DNA from: Phoronis australis
Lineage: Eukaryota; Animalia; Phoronida
Direction of reading: 5' to 3'
Assembly (NCBI GenBank): GCA_002633005.1
Contig: NMRA01000067.1
Span: 558,010 to 622,009, forward strand
DNA: 64,000 bases
The notes beneath the pieces were generated by a model, which was given only the letters and a program-made list of their open reading frames with translations, was not told where the DNA came from and searched no databases. This document shows, piece after piece, positions 26,917 to 38,500 of the stretch. A program made the translations under genes and the position numbers. Each line of letters begins with the position of its first letter. Position 1 is the stretch's first letter.

Positions 26917-27506
26917 CCCTTATCCTGCTGAGCCTCTATTCATACTTTCCCTGTGTGCTGAGCTAAGTAGGTCACCGCTACTGCTGTACTCTAAGCTGTT
27001 GTGGAGGTCACCCAGACAAATGAGCTAACAATTTCAAATTGGAAATTTGAAGGGGAAATATTAAATTAACAGAAAAGAAGTCAATATAAAACTTGTGCAG
27101 AATTTAATGGAGATTTTCACCATGTGTAAGTCTTTATCAGCATAGCCTTGGTGAAAGTAAACTGATCCACTGTCATCCTCTCCCGTATGGCTCCAGCCAT
27201 ATAATGAAACTATGTGTCTACACTGACATAAACCTGCCAATACCTCCCAAACTAGTAATCACAGCCATATGGTTTAAATTGGAGAACTGTAGAGGAAACT
27301 GTGAAGTATGGGATGCTCATGGTCACATATCTAAACAACATTCCAGGGCTCTTACAATTTCTGAATGAAAATCACAAGTGTCCTGGGGTGAGTGCACTCT
27401 CCCAGCGCAGCCCAGCTGTAACTTATTATAGTCGATTGAGTACACCCAACCCATTGTAATAGGATAATTGGCATGTCGGCTGACCTCGCCTAGCGCAGGA
27501 TAAGGG
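26917..27506. mobile_element. non-autonomous piggyBac-like MITE
   Basis: TTAA|CCCTTATCCTGC ... GCAGGATAAGGG|TTAA: perfect 12-bp TIR with CCC/GGG ends and TTAA TSD (26913-26916, 27507-27510). Confidence 0.9.
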
Positions 27507-27627
27507 TTAAGGTGCCAGCACCTACAGTGGTACACATTTGGATCTATGTTGAGGTTTTGAGAAAAGGCGTGAATCTTTTGTCTACCTACTCAATGTACTA
27601 TGTTCAGCAAATAAATGTTAGCATTAA

Positions 27628-28129
27628 AGAGGCATGGAACCTGAAAGTTCGTCAGAAATATCTTTTATACAATTCCTGACGAAAGTACCATCTCGCAACG
27701 TCTAGTACCGAGTTATTCACTTTCCCTGTGAGAAAATTTTTCAGAAAAAAATGCAAAATTCATGATTTTTGAAATGCCCGCGAAGGAAAAACTGTGGTTA
27801 CCACAGAGTTTTTTATCTCCCTCGCACTTATGATAAATGTGCTCACAGTCAGTTGCTTGAGGTCAGTGGTCACATTTTCCATGTAAGGAATGTGCTGCGT
27901 CTATGTCTTGCCATACCAAATAGGGAGAGGTGCTTTGCCTTGTGGGAGAAAACTAGATGAAGTGGCAAGCTGTTGACAGATGGCTTTTTTGAAATTTGAT
28001 ATTAACGGAAATTAAAATCTTTATGAACTAAACCTAAAAATACCTGGTGAGCAAGTTGAATTCTGTTTCAGTGGCAGAGAACCAATTTTAATGTTGCAAT
28101 TTAGTCTGTTTATGACATTCCAGGCCTCT
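27628..28129. mobile_element. non-autonomous TTAA-targeted MITE (Kolobok-like termini)
   Basis: TTAA|AGAGGCATGGAA ... TTCCAGGCCTCT|TTAA: 11/12 TIR match, purine-purine 5' end, TTAA TSD (27624-27627, 28130-28133). Confidence 0.8.
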
Positions 28130-31100
28130 TTAAGGCAGAAAATGGCAGCAGTGACCTGTTGCACTTGAGGAACCATGCTTTTAAAACAGTGGAGAATTGA
28201 CTATCTCTATTTTGACTTGATTGGTTGTTGGTAGCTAAGTACTATAAGGTCAGATGGAATCATGATGTAAAGCTACACACTGCAAGTAATGTGAGGCAGA
28301 AGCTAACCAAGCTCATTTTGTTCAAAAGCCAGTGAATTCATGACTTAGGCCAAAGAAAACAGCATAAGTGGTCTTGGTCTGTTATTTTATGACAACTGGT
28401 GCTGTGGTGTGCTTGTTTTTATGTGTCAAAATCATCAAAATAGAAACAACACCTGATGCCAACGGAAATGGGTCAGTATCCTTTTCCCCAACATCATCTG
28501 ATGTTGGCTGAAATGGTTCGGGTTCTTTTTTTCCCCAGTGTCGTCTGACGCCTACTGATGTGGGTCAGAATTTTTTTCTTAAAAGGTGAGGCACTGGTTT
28601 TACAAAAGGACTAGAATAAATAGTGTAATGCTTTAGCCGTTGGTGGTTATTGCATCTGTATGGCTTTGGCCAAAATATCTGAAAGTAGATACTTTTTCGA
28701 AAGGAAATGATTGTTTGGATTTTATGGACTTCACATGTATTTAGACCTTTGAAAGCCCCATGGGTTGGCGTTTTAGTGGTGAAATTCAAATTGAAATAAA
28801 ACATTTTTGTGGGGAGAATCTTATAGAATCAAATTTTTAACTCCATTGAGTCTCTAGAACAGCTGTATTAATTTTAGCCTCATTAAAGAAATTTTAACTC
28901 ATGTTAGTAAACCATGTTTTTCAATCGTGACTAGCCTGGATGGTTATATGGCTCAACAGGAAACTATGCTTCTTAGTGTGACCATAGACTTCGTTGCTAC
29001 ATAAAACCAAGACATGGGAAGTTATGAATCCTCACGTAGTTCGCGTTTGGCTGCGAGATATGAAGGAGTCGCGAATCTCTTAACGAGTACCTATGGTTTG
29101 TCTAATGACTAATTTGTGAAGTTTACCATTTACAGTCTACACATGCAATCGGGTCCATTCATCAAAAAACAACAGTGCTGAAAATAGGTTTAACAGGTTG
29201 GAATTTATGTAGTGAAACCTTGAAAAGCTTTCTTGTTTACTTTCTGAGATGTAGGCCTAATAGTTTTATGTTGGTATGTCTTCATGAAGCTTTAAAAAAC
29301 ATGCCAACCATGCATTGTTTACAGATGCCATGGTAACAGGTTGCATGAGGTGGTATTCGTCATTTTTCTATAGCCTGTCCTGTTTGTAGGTAACAAGATG
29401 GTCTTGTGTCAATGTTTGTGTGTTTGCCGCAGGTCAATTACAGGACATACACTGGAATATGTTTATCACAATTATGTAAAGTAAAACTTGAAGGAAAATT
29501 GTATGTAACTGAATCCAGAGATTATTGGTTGAAGTCCAACCTGACTTTTCTGTAGTGGAATGGACTGTACCAGAACAAGGGTACTGAGTTGGGCATTTCC
29601 CACATATTTGAGATTTCACTGTACTACAATTATTATGATGGTGATATTTGGAAATAAATCTTTGGAATGACGTCACAAACTGTTGTTTCTGATATTAAAA
29701 CTTTCTGTTATCCTTGTCCTTTTGGTTAATGCTAGGATGGCCAATCAGAATGAAGGGTGTTGTTCGTATTGAGAAGAAAATATGCGATTCCGTATATCAT
29801 GGGCGTATCCAGGAGATCGTACTTGAATGGTATCAAAATTAACGTTGCGTGCACCTTTTGATAATCATTTCAGGATCAGCCAATGTTCATGCGTTCCAAT
29901 CATTGCATTGTATTGTGACGGACATTTTTCAACATTAAACTTCTACATTTTGATGGAATTGTTCTTGCCATAACTCGAAGTAGACAATTCCAATCAGTTC
30001 GAGAAATTTCCAGTTTAAAGGCACACTTCGACCGTCCAATCTGTGTGGTCGAAATTTCAGTTCAGTTGGAACCGGGATTGAGTAAAGTTATGTTCCTAAA
30101 GTATCCAAGGCCTTGTGTAGAGCTACACGATGGACCAACGCTGGCAAAAATAAGCTCCTACAAGCACGCCGTAAATATTCTGCGAAATGCATTGTGGTTG
30201 TCGCGTTCGTCTTGGCGGTTTGTAAATGAATGAAAAATAAGTTCTGTACAATTTTAAGCCACGTTAAACATGAAAAAGGTAATGATTGTAGGTTATCAAA
30301 TATATTCCAAATTTATAAAATGTCTACATTTTGATGTAATTGTCTTTTCTGCATGAGCCCACCGGTACATCCCAAGCCGCAGCAGAGAATTCCAAACAAA
30401 GCCTTGCCGACTTTAGTCTATGCAGTGGCTTCATAGCCGCTAAGCAACACGTGGGTTATGAGTTTTGCACTGCCATTTCGTGTAAGCATTTTTCTGTTAA
30501 GGCTCTAGCAATTGAAATTTTAAATTTTCTTCAGGATATTTCCCGTGAGCTTATCTCCTCCAGATTGGTAGGGCTCACACGCTATCAGTGACGTCAGAGT
30601 GGGAGCCCTCGGGGAACGAAGTTGTATGCGAGTGTACTTTTCTTAACATTAGTTCCCGGACCAAAATGGCGAACAGCTGCGCAGTCAGTCGGGTGTAACA
30701 CGTGCTGTGCCTACGGTATCTCATCTCCATCGTGGCTCATTGGTTGGTGGTCTTTTCCGAGATGCTAGAAGTCACAACTGCTGACAAGGCAAAGCCAATG
30801 TACCAATCCGAACCAATACCTGCATGATAGTGCAAAATAAGCACCAAACTTTTAAATTAGTAATGAACATGACTTGCACTGTACTGTTGGTTGCGTTCAA
30901 TGGCCAACTCCCACCAGTTCAACTTTAGCGGCCGAACGGGGGAACTCAGTCCCAGTATAGCCAGTTGACGCTTGGCCTGAAACCTTTCGTCGAGCGTTTT
31001 CATTATTGCCCAACCGATTTTTCGTTTCCCTAGCCAAATCTGCGCTCGAACACAAATACAAAACATAAATATCAAACAGAAATTTTCAAATTCACAAAAT

Positions 31101-31259
31101 ACAATAGTAATGAACATGGAATACATAATCTTAAGAAACATAAATGTTGACAACATTGAATTTGGCAACACATAACACGCCTATATCTATTCGAAGAAAT
31201 CGTGGCCTTAGACAGCAACACACCTGCAGTCAAAAGTGTAAAAGTTACCCCCTGGAACT

Positions 31260-31415
31260 ATTCTTGCGTAATACGAGTCAAAATTTATCCGTAAATCAGC
31301 GTCAAGTGATTAGAGATCAAAGGTCGGTGGGTAAATCCAATCCGCCTTAGCGTTTCTTGGCCTCTATCGATCTGCTTCGGTTGTCTGATCCAAGTAACGT
31401 GGAATTTCTATCGTG
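31260..31415 (+). promoter_or_regulatory. putative promoter and non-coding first exon of DHRS1 paralogue A
   Basis: Aligns with 41520-41695; GTAAGT donor at 31416; the ATG at 32547 directly follows an acceptor (TTCTTGTAG). Confidence 0.55.
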
Positions 31416-32546
31416 GTAAGTACACACGCTACTTCAGTTCGCTAAAAGTTGTAAAATTTAAAATACGTACGCGGCATCGTTGACGGCAGTCAGTGAAGCG
31501 TTCAACTTAGTCTTGCTGCACGGCGAGGCCCCCGTCCCATCAAGGCATAGTTATATACTTGCCGTATTGGTGTCTGTGGTTATGTGATTGAATGCTAACA
31601 GTATCAGGTCCATCAATTTGCTCTCGAGAATCTCTGCTTAAAACAAGTTTTTGAACTTTTTGGACTGTACGTATAGTGCTTAATGAGACGAAACTCCTCA
31701 ATTGCTTTGTCATCAGATTTTGTTCATTCACTCTCTACAGGTCGCACTTTTAGCTTACCAGCGGAAAATTTACAAGCAAATTATGTGTTTTGTGAGGGGC
31801 TCGAAGCCTGTTGTCTTTGGTTGTAATCGGACGCCAGGTGATATTGTCTACGTGGCCATTTTTGCTTCACACAGCTCTAGCTCTGTGGTTCCTTGACAGA
31901 TTATTTTGAAAATTTGGTATGTACACAGGTCCAGCGGTTAAAGAAAATCATGCCATTCGGTATTGTTACGCTATACGCTCTACCGTTCTCGAATAATTCG
32001 AAACTTTCTGGTGGTTGCTCCCCCATTAATTGAATTTTTGTATCTCATCTCTAACGTCTTTTGACGGAGTCTCTGAAATTTGGTCTGAATCAACTCCAAG
32101 GTAGATCTCAGTCATAGACTGCGCTTCATCGGCAAATGAGAAATCCATTTCTTGCTCTTGTGGTATTCAAGATTTACTGCTGCTATGACTGTTCCCTTAT
32201 CGACTTACTCCTCGATCGTTGCACGGCTTTGTTGGTGTATCATATTCGTGCATCTGGTTGCATCCGATGGAATTTACAAACAATCCCGGTATATCTCGTC
32301 AATAGTTCGAGGTCTCTGGGTTTTTTGTGTAGTCGGTCGCAAGATGGCATTGTGATGGTCATTTTAACCAACCGTTTGCAGACCTAAAGTTTTGAACCAT
32401 CAACTGGTTACTATCCTTGCGAGTAGCTGATTTACCAACCCTACCCACTCCGATGTCAATTAGTGTCATCAGAAATATACACGTGGTCAACTACTCTCCC
32501 GGTCAACTTTGAACAAAGTCAAGAATGACTTTGCAATTTCTTGTAG

Positions 32547-35500
32547 ATGAGTGCCAATCTAGCTGGGAAGGTTTGCCTGGTGACGGGAGCTAGCCGTGGT
32601 ATTGGCAAAGGCATCGCTCTGCAGTTGGCCGAGGCAGGGGCTACAGTTTATATTACAGGTAAGGAGTCTGAATGCGGATGTGCGGGGAGCAGGTTATCCC
32701 AACTTGGATGGGACTACATTTTCTTTTGCTTTAACTCAGTTTTAATTACACTTTATAAACGACCTTCAGATCAAGTAAAATTCCTACTTTAAGCACTGAC
32801 AATAAAATCGTGTCTTGAAACTATGCTAGTCTACACAATTACCACTGATTCAGAACTAAAACTGAAATTCTTCAATGCAGTTTACGTGACACTGAGTCGT
32901 AAATGTGAAAATTATATGAATGAAAACCATCATGGGAATACCTCAAACTGGAAAAAATGTCAACTTTCTTTGGCAACGATTTTCTGGGTTGTACTCCGCC
33001 TCTGGATTAGCTGGCTAAAAAGGCCTTTTAAGTATCACTACACTCGGTCTCATATTCCTTACCTTGGTGGGATTCCATCGTTAGGTGCCACATCTCATTT
33101 CCATACTGGCCACTGTGAATGCTTCTTACCACGGCAGTTGGGATAGCACTTAACCACAGCTTCTGGACATTTCTGTCCCTCAACCAGTTTCCCTTTCTTA
33201 GCTATTTGGGAGTAGAGAAGGCTGCCAGCAACCGTGTCTGCTACTTGTCTCAGTAACATTCTTTCTGAACCATTTTAGACACTGCGAACGTGAGGAAAAA
33301 CAAAATCCGTTATTGAAAATTTGCCATTTTCATTGTTTGAACGGCAAATATCAGTTGATTACAACACAAAAAGAGAAATACTGTACATTGCAACTATCTG
33401 TTGTTCCTTTGTTGAAATGTCCAGCGTATACTGTGTTAGTAGGCTTAACCTGCCAGAGCAATGTACGCTTCCGCAGAATAGAGCGTTTTTCTGAGTGATC
33501 TTAAAATCCCCGGCCAAAGATTGCGATGAAATTTGAAAAGGGGAGCGCCGCTTTCAAATTTCTTGAGTCGCTTCTGTTTTCGATGTTATTGTAACAGAAA
33601 TAGAATCCTGTAACGGTAAGGCATATTCTGAGACTTCAAGAGAGGAACAACTGAGACTTATTCTGACTTTGTGTTTACCCAGCTTACAGCGAAACGCAAA
33701 TCTAAGTTGGAGCCAACTGAGTTTTACAAATGTCTATTACAACCTTAAACTTGATTCGCAATCCAATCACCTTTATAGGTCGCACACTCCAGTCCAAAGA
33801 AGGTTTACATGGCTCCCTCCTGACTACTGCTGATGAAGTAAGCGCCCGTGGTGGAACATGTATACCCGTCCAGTGTGATCACAGTAACCCTGACGACGTG
33901 AAGAAACTGTTTGACAAAATCGAGCAAGATCAAAAAGGCAGACTGGATGTTCTTGTCAACAATGCGTACTCAGGTGTTGATGTAAGCCATACTGCTTTTC
34001 TGCTGTTGTATTTCTTGAAAGCTCTTCTGTTCCAGCCCAATGTATTTCCAGTACATGAAATGTCCAGCATGATTTCATGTTGAGCTTGTATCTTTCAGTT
34101 ATCTGTTCCAACTGACTATAATTTTTTTCATTTTTCTCACTCATTGCTTATAACTTTTTTTACTTTTTATGCACAAATTACCATTCAATAGTGAGTTATT
34201 TTTTCTAGTTACCACTTAGATTTGCATTTAGGTTAGAGCCTCACTCTGACCTGACTATCGTCTGCTGTTATTTTTGGCAATGACGTCACAAAAATTTCTG
34301 CTTCTATTTCCGTTTCCTTCTAATTTTCTTTATCCAACGGTTTTATTTTAAGCTTATGTTTATTTTTCTAAAAATCTATTTGATCCTATTATTTAAACAC
34401 GTTAGTGAAAATTTTAATAAAATTGCCAAAAACAAGTGGAGTTTTGTCCATTTTAAGACATCAATTTTGCACACATATCCTACTCATTTTTTGTAATTTT
34501 CTAATGCTATCTCATTTAAACTTTAGAATAACTTTATGGGGTTTTAACTATTGCTTAAAACTAAAATCTCTGCAGAAAGGGCATTACTACACATCACTGA
34601 GTCTTCTTATTTTGCTGAAACGTGTCCTTAATGTGAAAATTTAATACCTTGCTTCTTGATGACAAATTCAAATTAAATTGCTTAAAATTTTATCGAAAGT
34701 TCTTATTTTCTTGACAGTAAGTTTACCAAATTGTAGAAATACAAGATATGTGATTATTCTCTCGTTAATACCTGCTTTGTCACTGACGGATCAACATCCG
34801 TCCTATTTTGTTTATCTGCCTCTTTAAAAAGATCATATGTCGTTAATGTAGGAGATATCAAGTACCTTTGTTAATTAACACTAACTGTCTTCCTTATGGT
34901 ATTTCTGTTAAAATTAAAAGTCCTGCTAGTTATGTTTTCTCAAAATGTTTCAAAAATATATCTTAGAATCTTATAATGTTTTTGTAAGTAACAGTTGATT
35001 ATCTCACATGTTTTAACTATCACCTAGCTTCCGTTATTTGATTTATATAACACCTGTTGTCTGTACTCTGTCCTTATTTTGTTTCTTTTTATAGGTATCA
35101 TATACGTAAACCAAATTAAACACACATTTTTTCTATTTTATCTGCATTGCATTCTTTTTTTACGTTCGTGTTAGTTAAGTAGATTGGACACAGCAGTTTA
35201 GATTAGAATTGGTAAGATTAGCTTAGATTAGATTATATCAGATAATTTAAGTTTTCTTTATTTTTCATTGAATTGTTTTAGGTGATCAACTTGTAGCGGC
35301 GCCTGCCTTTCTTTGACGTCCTCATAGTAACATGCATTCGTTTGTACATGTTTGATATAAACAATTAATTTACAGAAACTCAGCGCATACATTTTCTCTG
35401 CGACTGTGTTCCTGATTTTGTCTGCTCTGTATTTCAGGCAATTTTTCAAGGCATAGGAAAGAAGTTTTACGAGAGCGATCCTGTTAATGTCTGGGATAGT

Positions 35501-38500
35501 ATTAACAACGTGGGGTTAAGGTGTGTTCTTTCTACATGGAGTTTCGCAACACCACTGAGTTCACTTTGTAAACGAAGTTCACTTTTTTGGTGCTAGGGCT
35601 ATGAATCTGTCTTGCATCAAAATACTAATTCTGTTATGAAACTGGTATCAGTTTGTTTTTCATATCAGAAGAGATTTCTAGGCTTGGAAAGAATTGAAAG
35701 TTCTGCTAGAGAACTTTCTTTGAAACATAAAATGACAGGTGTACATGCACAATTCCCCTCTTCACGTGCTCCTAATCCATAGGCGGATTTAGGGGGGGGG
35801 CCAGGGGGCCCGGCCCCCCCCCCTTGGCTGNTAAGGTGTGTTCTTTCTACATGGAGTTTCGCAACACCACTGAGTTCACTTTGTAAACGAAGTTCACTTT
35901 TTATGGTGCTAGGGCTATGAATCTGTCTTGCATCAAAATAATAATTCTGTTATGAAACTGGTATCAGTTTGTTTTTCATATCAGAAGAGATTTCTAGGCT
36001 TGGAAAGAATTGAAAGTTCTGCTAGAGAACTTTCTTTGAAACATAAAATGACAGGTGTACATGCACAATTCACCTCTTCACGTGCTCCTAATCCCAGGAG
36101 AAATGGCCTTCGTAGTAATAACTAGGGTGTCGTAACTTGAGCTTGTAAATGTCAAATTTCTCTACATTTCATTAAATAACTTTTCAAATGTTTACTTTCA
36201 AAACCTAGTATTTTTTCAATCTTCAATGAATGAAGCATCTTAATTCGTGCATTAAAATGTCGCCAGTGTTTTAGAATCACGCAACTGCCATTTTTGTGAA
36301 AAATCGTCGTCAGAGACTTACGCCATTCCCATCCGTGTCTACAAGATGAAATCACATCTGAACATAGGCGTATTAAAGCTACGCGACGGAAGGGGATGAA
36401 ATTGGTGGTGTTCACGGGGTCAATTTATTGTTGGTGTCGATCGGGGATGTGTGAAACCTTCCTACACCCATATTCGAGCAATGCTATCATGTGTTTCCAG
36501 AACAACCAAGCCCATTTACGCCTATATACGTGAAAGAATTCAGGTGACTTCATGGTCTCTTCAGTGAGAGAATCTTATTTAATTATACAAATCATTAAAA
36601 TATTGCCTTTCGCATTACATGGGATGAGTATTGCTACAAATTAGCATATGTAATTTGAACTGCAGCGTTCTTCAGGCAGTTCCTGTGTTAGGATTCACAC
36701 TTTAAACTAGCATTTCTATTACTTGCTTCTTTTCAGAAATCACTACATCTGTAGCGTTTATGCATCTCGACTAATGGTGGCACAGAACAAGGGCCTCATT
36801 GTAAACATCTCCTCCGTTGGTGGTCTGCAATACCTGTTTAACGTGCCCTATGGTATAGGCAAGGCGGCAGTAAGGATTATGATAGACTTACAACTCCTGG
36901 GCGTAGTCATGACGTTATTCAACGTTGTCCACAGCCATTCTGTAGTGTTTGCCATGTCATCTTGTCTTGTCTTGTTTTAAGATCGGCAAGAGTTATACCA
37001 TAACGCCAATGGATTTAAATTGCCTATCAGTGTTCGTAGGATTATAAATTCGAAGTGTATATTTCACAGGTGGTAGTTTTTCAAATCCAAAGTCATACAA
37101 ACATACAACCTGATGTATATTCAGCAATCTGCGAAGCTGAGTGTAGAACTGCAGCTGGCGATTCAATTGGACATTCCTCAGTGGAGCGTTCTCTTTATTG
37201 ATTATACTGTGCCATAAACAATTCCAAAAAAAGAGATTTGCTTTGGTTTAGGTTTTTGGATTCTATTTATGATGAGCAGTCCAATTGTTTTAAATATGAA
37301 ATTGTACTTGAAACGTGTCATGCGATAGCTCAATTTTCGAGTCGTCTTTTCCAGTAAAGTTTATTGGTAAAAGTGTTTGATGCTTTTCAGTGATTTGTGA
37401 TCGGCTTGTCTCTGTCTTCCAGTGTGACCGTATGGCCGCAGACTGTGGCCATGAGCTGCGGAAACAGGGTGTGACCTTTGTCAGTTTGTGGCCAGGGGCG
37501 GTCAGAACTGAGAAGGTTGTGGATATGCTGAGCAGTGATGACCCCAGTTCGGCTGAGGTAATGGACCTAGCCTAGTGCCACTTCTATATGACTGACATCT
37601 TACAAAAGTAACAAATGGCTTGATCAATGTACATCATATCAAAACTATCACACAGAGTTCATGGAGCAAAAGTGCAGGGGTATAGAAACTGTACCGTTGA
37701 TGAAGAGCTGTTTGTTTTTGTTTGTTTTTTTTTTTCATCATGACTGGTTTCAAGAATGCGTGATGCTCTGTGCAGGTGGAGTAATCGTCGCTTAAATCTC
37801 AGAAGAAATGTAAATATTTCGTATGTGTTCTCCATCACGGCCGTACAATCAATGTGAAGTCGCTGATTAGTTGTTTTTTATATACTTCGGCCTAATGCAA
37901 AATGGACACGAAGCGGGGAGCTCTCTACGGGCGGAGGTGCGTGTACAATCTGGAGCCTTGTTTGTTTCAGTCATTTAAGCGAAAAAAAACAATCCAATAA
38001 ACAGTCGATTTTATTCTCCCGTTATTTTGAGAAGGCTTTCATCCCTTCTACTTATGCACACGTCTTACTTCAACGAGCGTTTTTGTGTTTTGCCATTTCC
38101 CATTGCTTTTCCTTATTTAGTATGTTGAATTTAATATACTTTACTTCTCTCTCTCTCTGTACAACGGAGAGTTAAACATACCATGACATCACTCATTGTT
38201 GGTAGTTTGGGAATGCTTAGAAATACAAGGCAGTGACACTGCACTGTGTTCGTTTAGTGTCCCTGTACGGTTGATTGCATGGAGAGGGTCTCAACGCAGG
38301 GTAAACGGCAGCCGTAAAGGCTTTTGCTCTTCCATCTTATTTAAATACTAAAGTCTTATAAGAAAGTGAAATCAGTTGCCTGGATTTGTCGTCATCTGTT
38401 TACAACCTTGTTGAAGAAAAACAGTTTATAAAGAATGGGCGAAAAGTCGGCTTATAGGTGACGCTCTTTGTCATGGGGCTAAAAGCATATCACTCCACAA

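Larger units (their letters stand above)
26249..28335 (+). pseudogene. decayed C-terminal region of P-element/THAP9-like transposase
   Basis: Fragments GILVNMQSM, YFLTLKMSQDHFELRFSAARRAG, WNNIPICQQFIGIFHRLIV, VENIVTYIGGFV, CNVCQESL, and terminal RQKLTKLILFKSQ* (TGA 28333-28335); stops, frameshifts and two insertions; catalytic core upstream of these motifs is absent. Confidence 0.85.

Noticed and set aside
21225-30740. Terminal inverted repeats of the P element (TGGCTCA near both putative ends, similar CACGTG...GCCAT.TTGGT motifs in opposite orientation)
   Set aside because: No convincing TIR match could be aligned by eye; boundaries remain unresolved.
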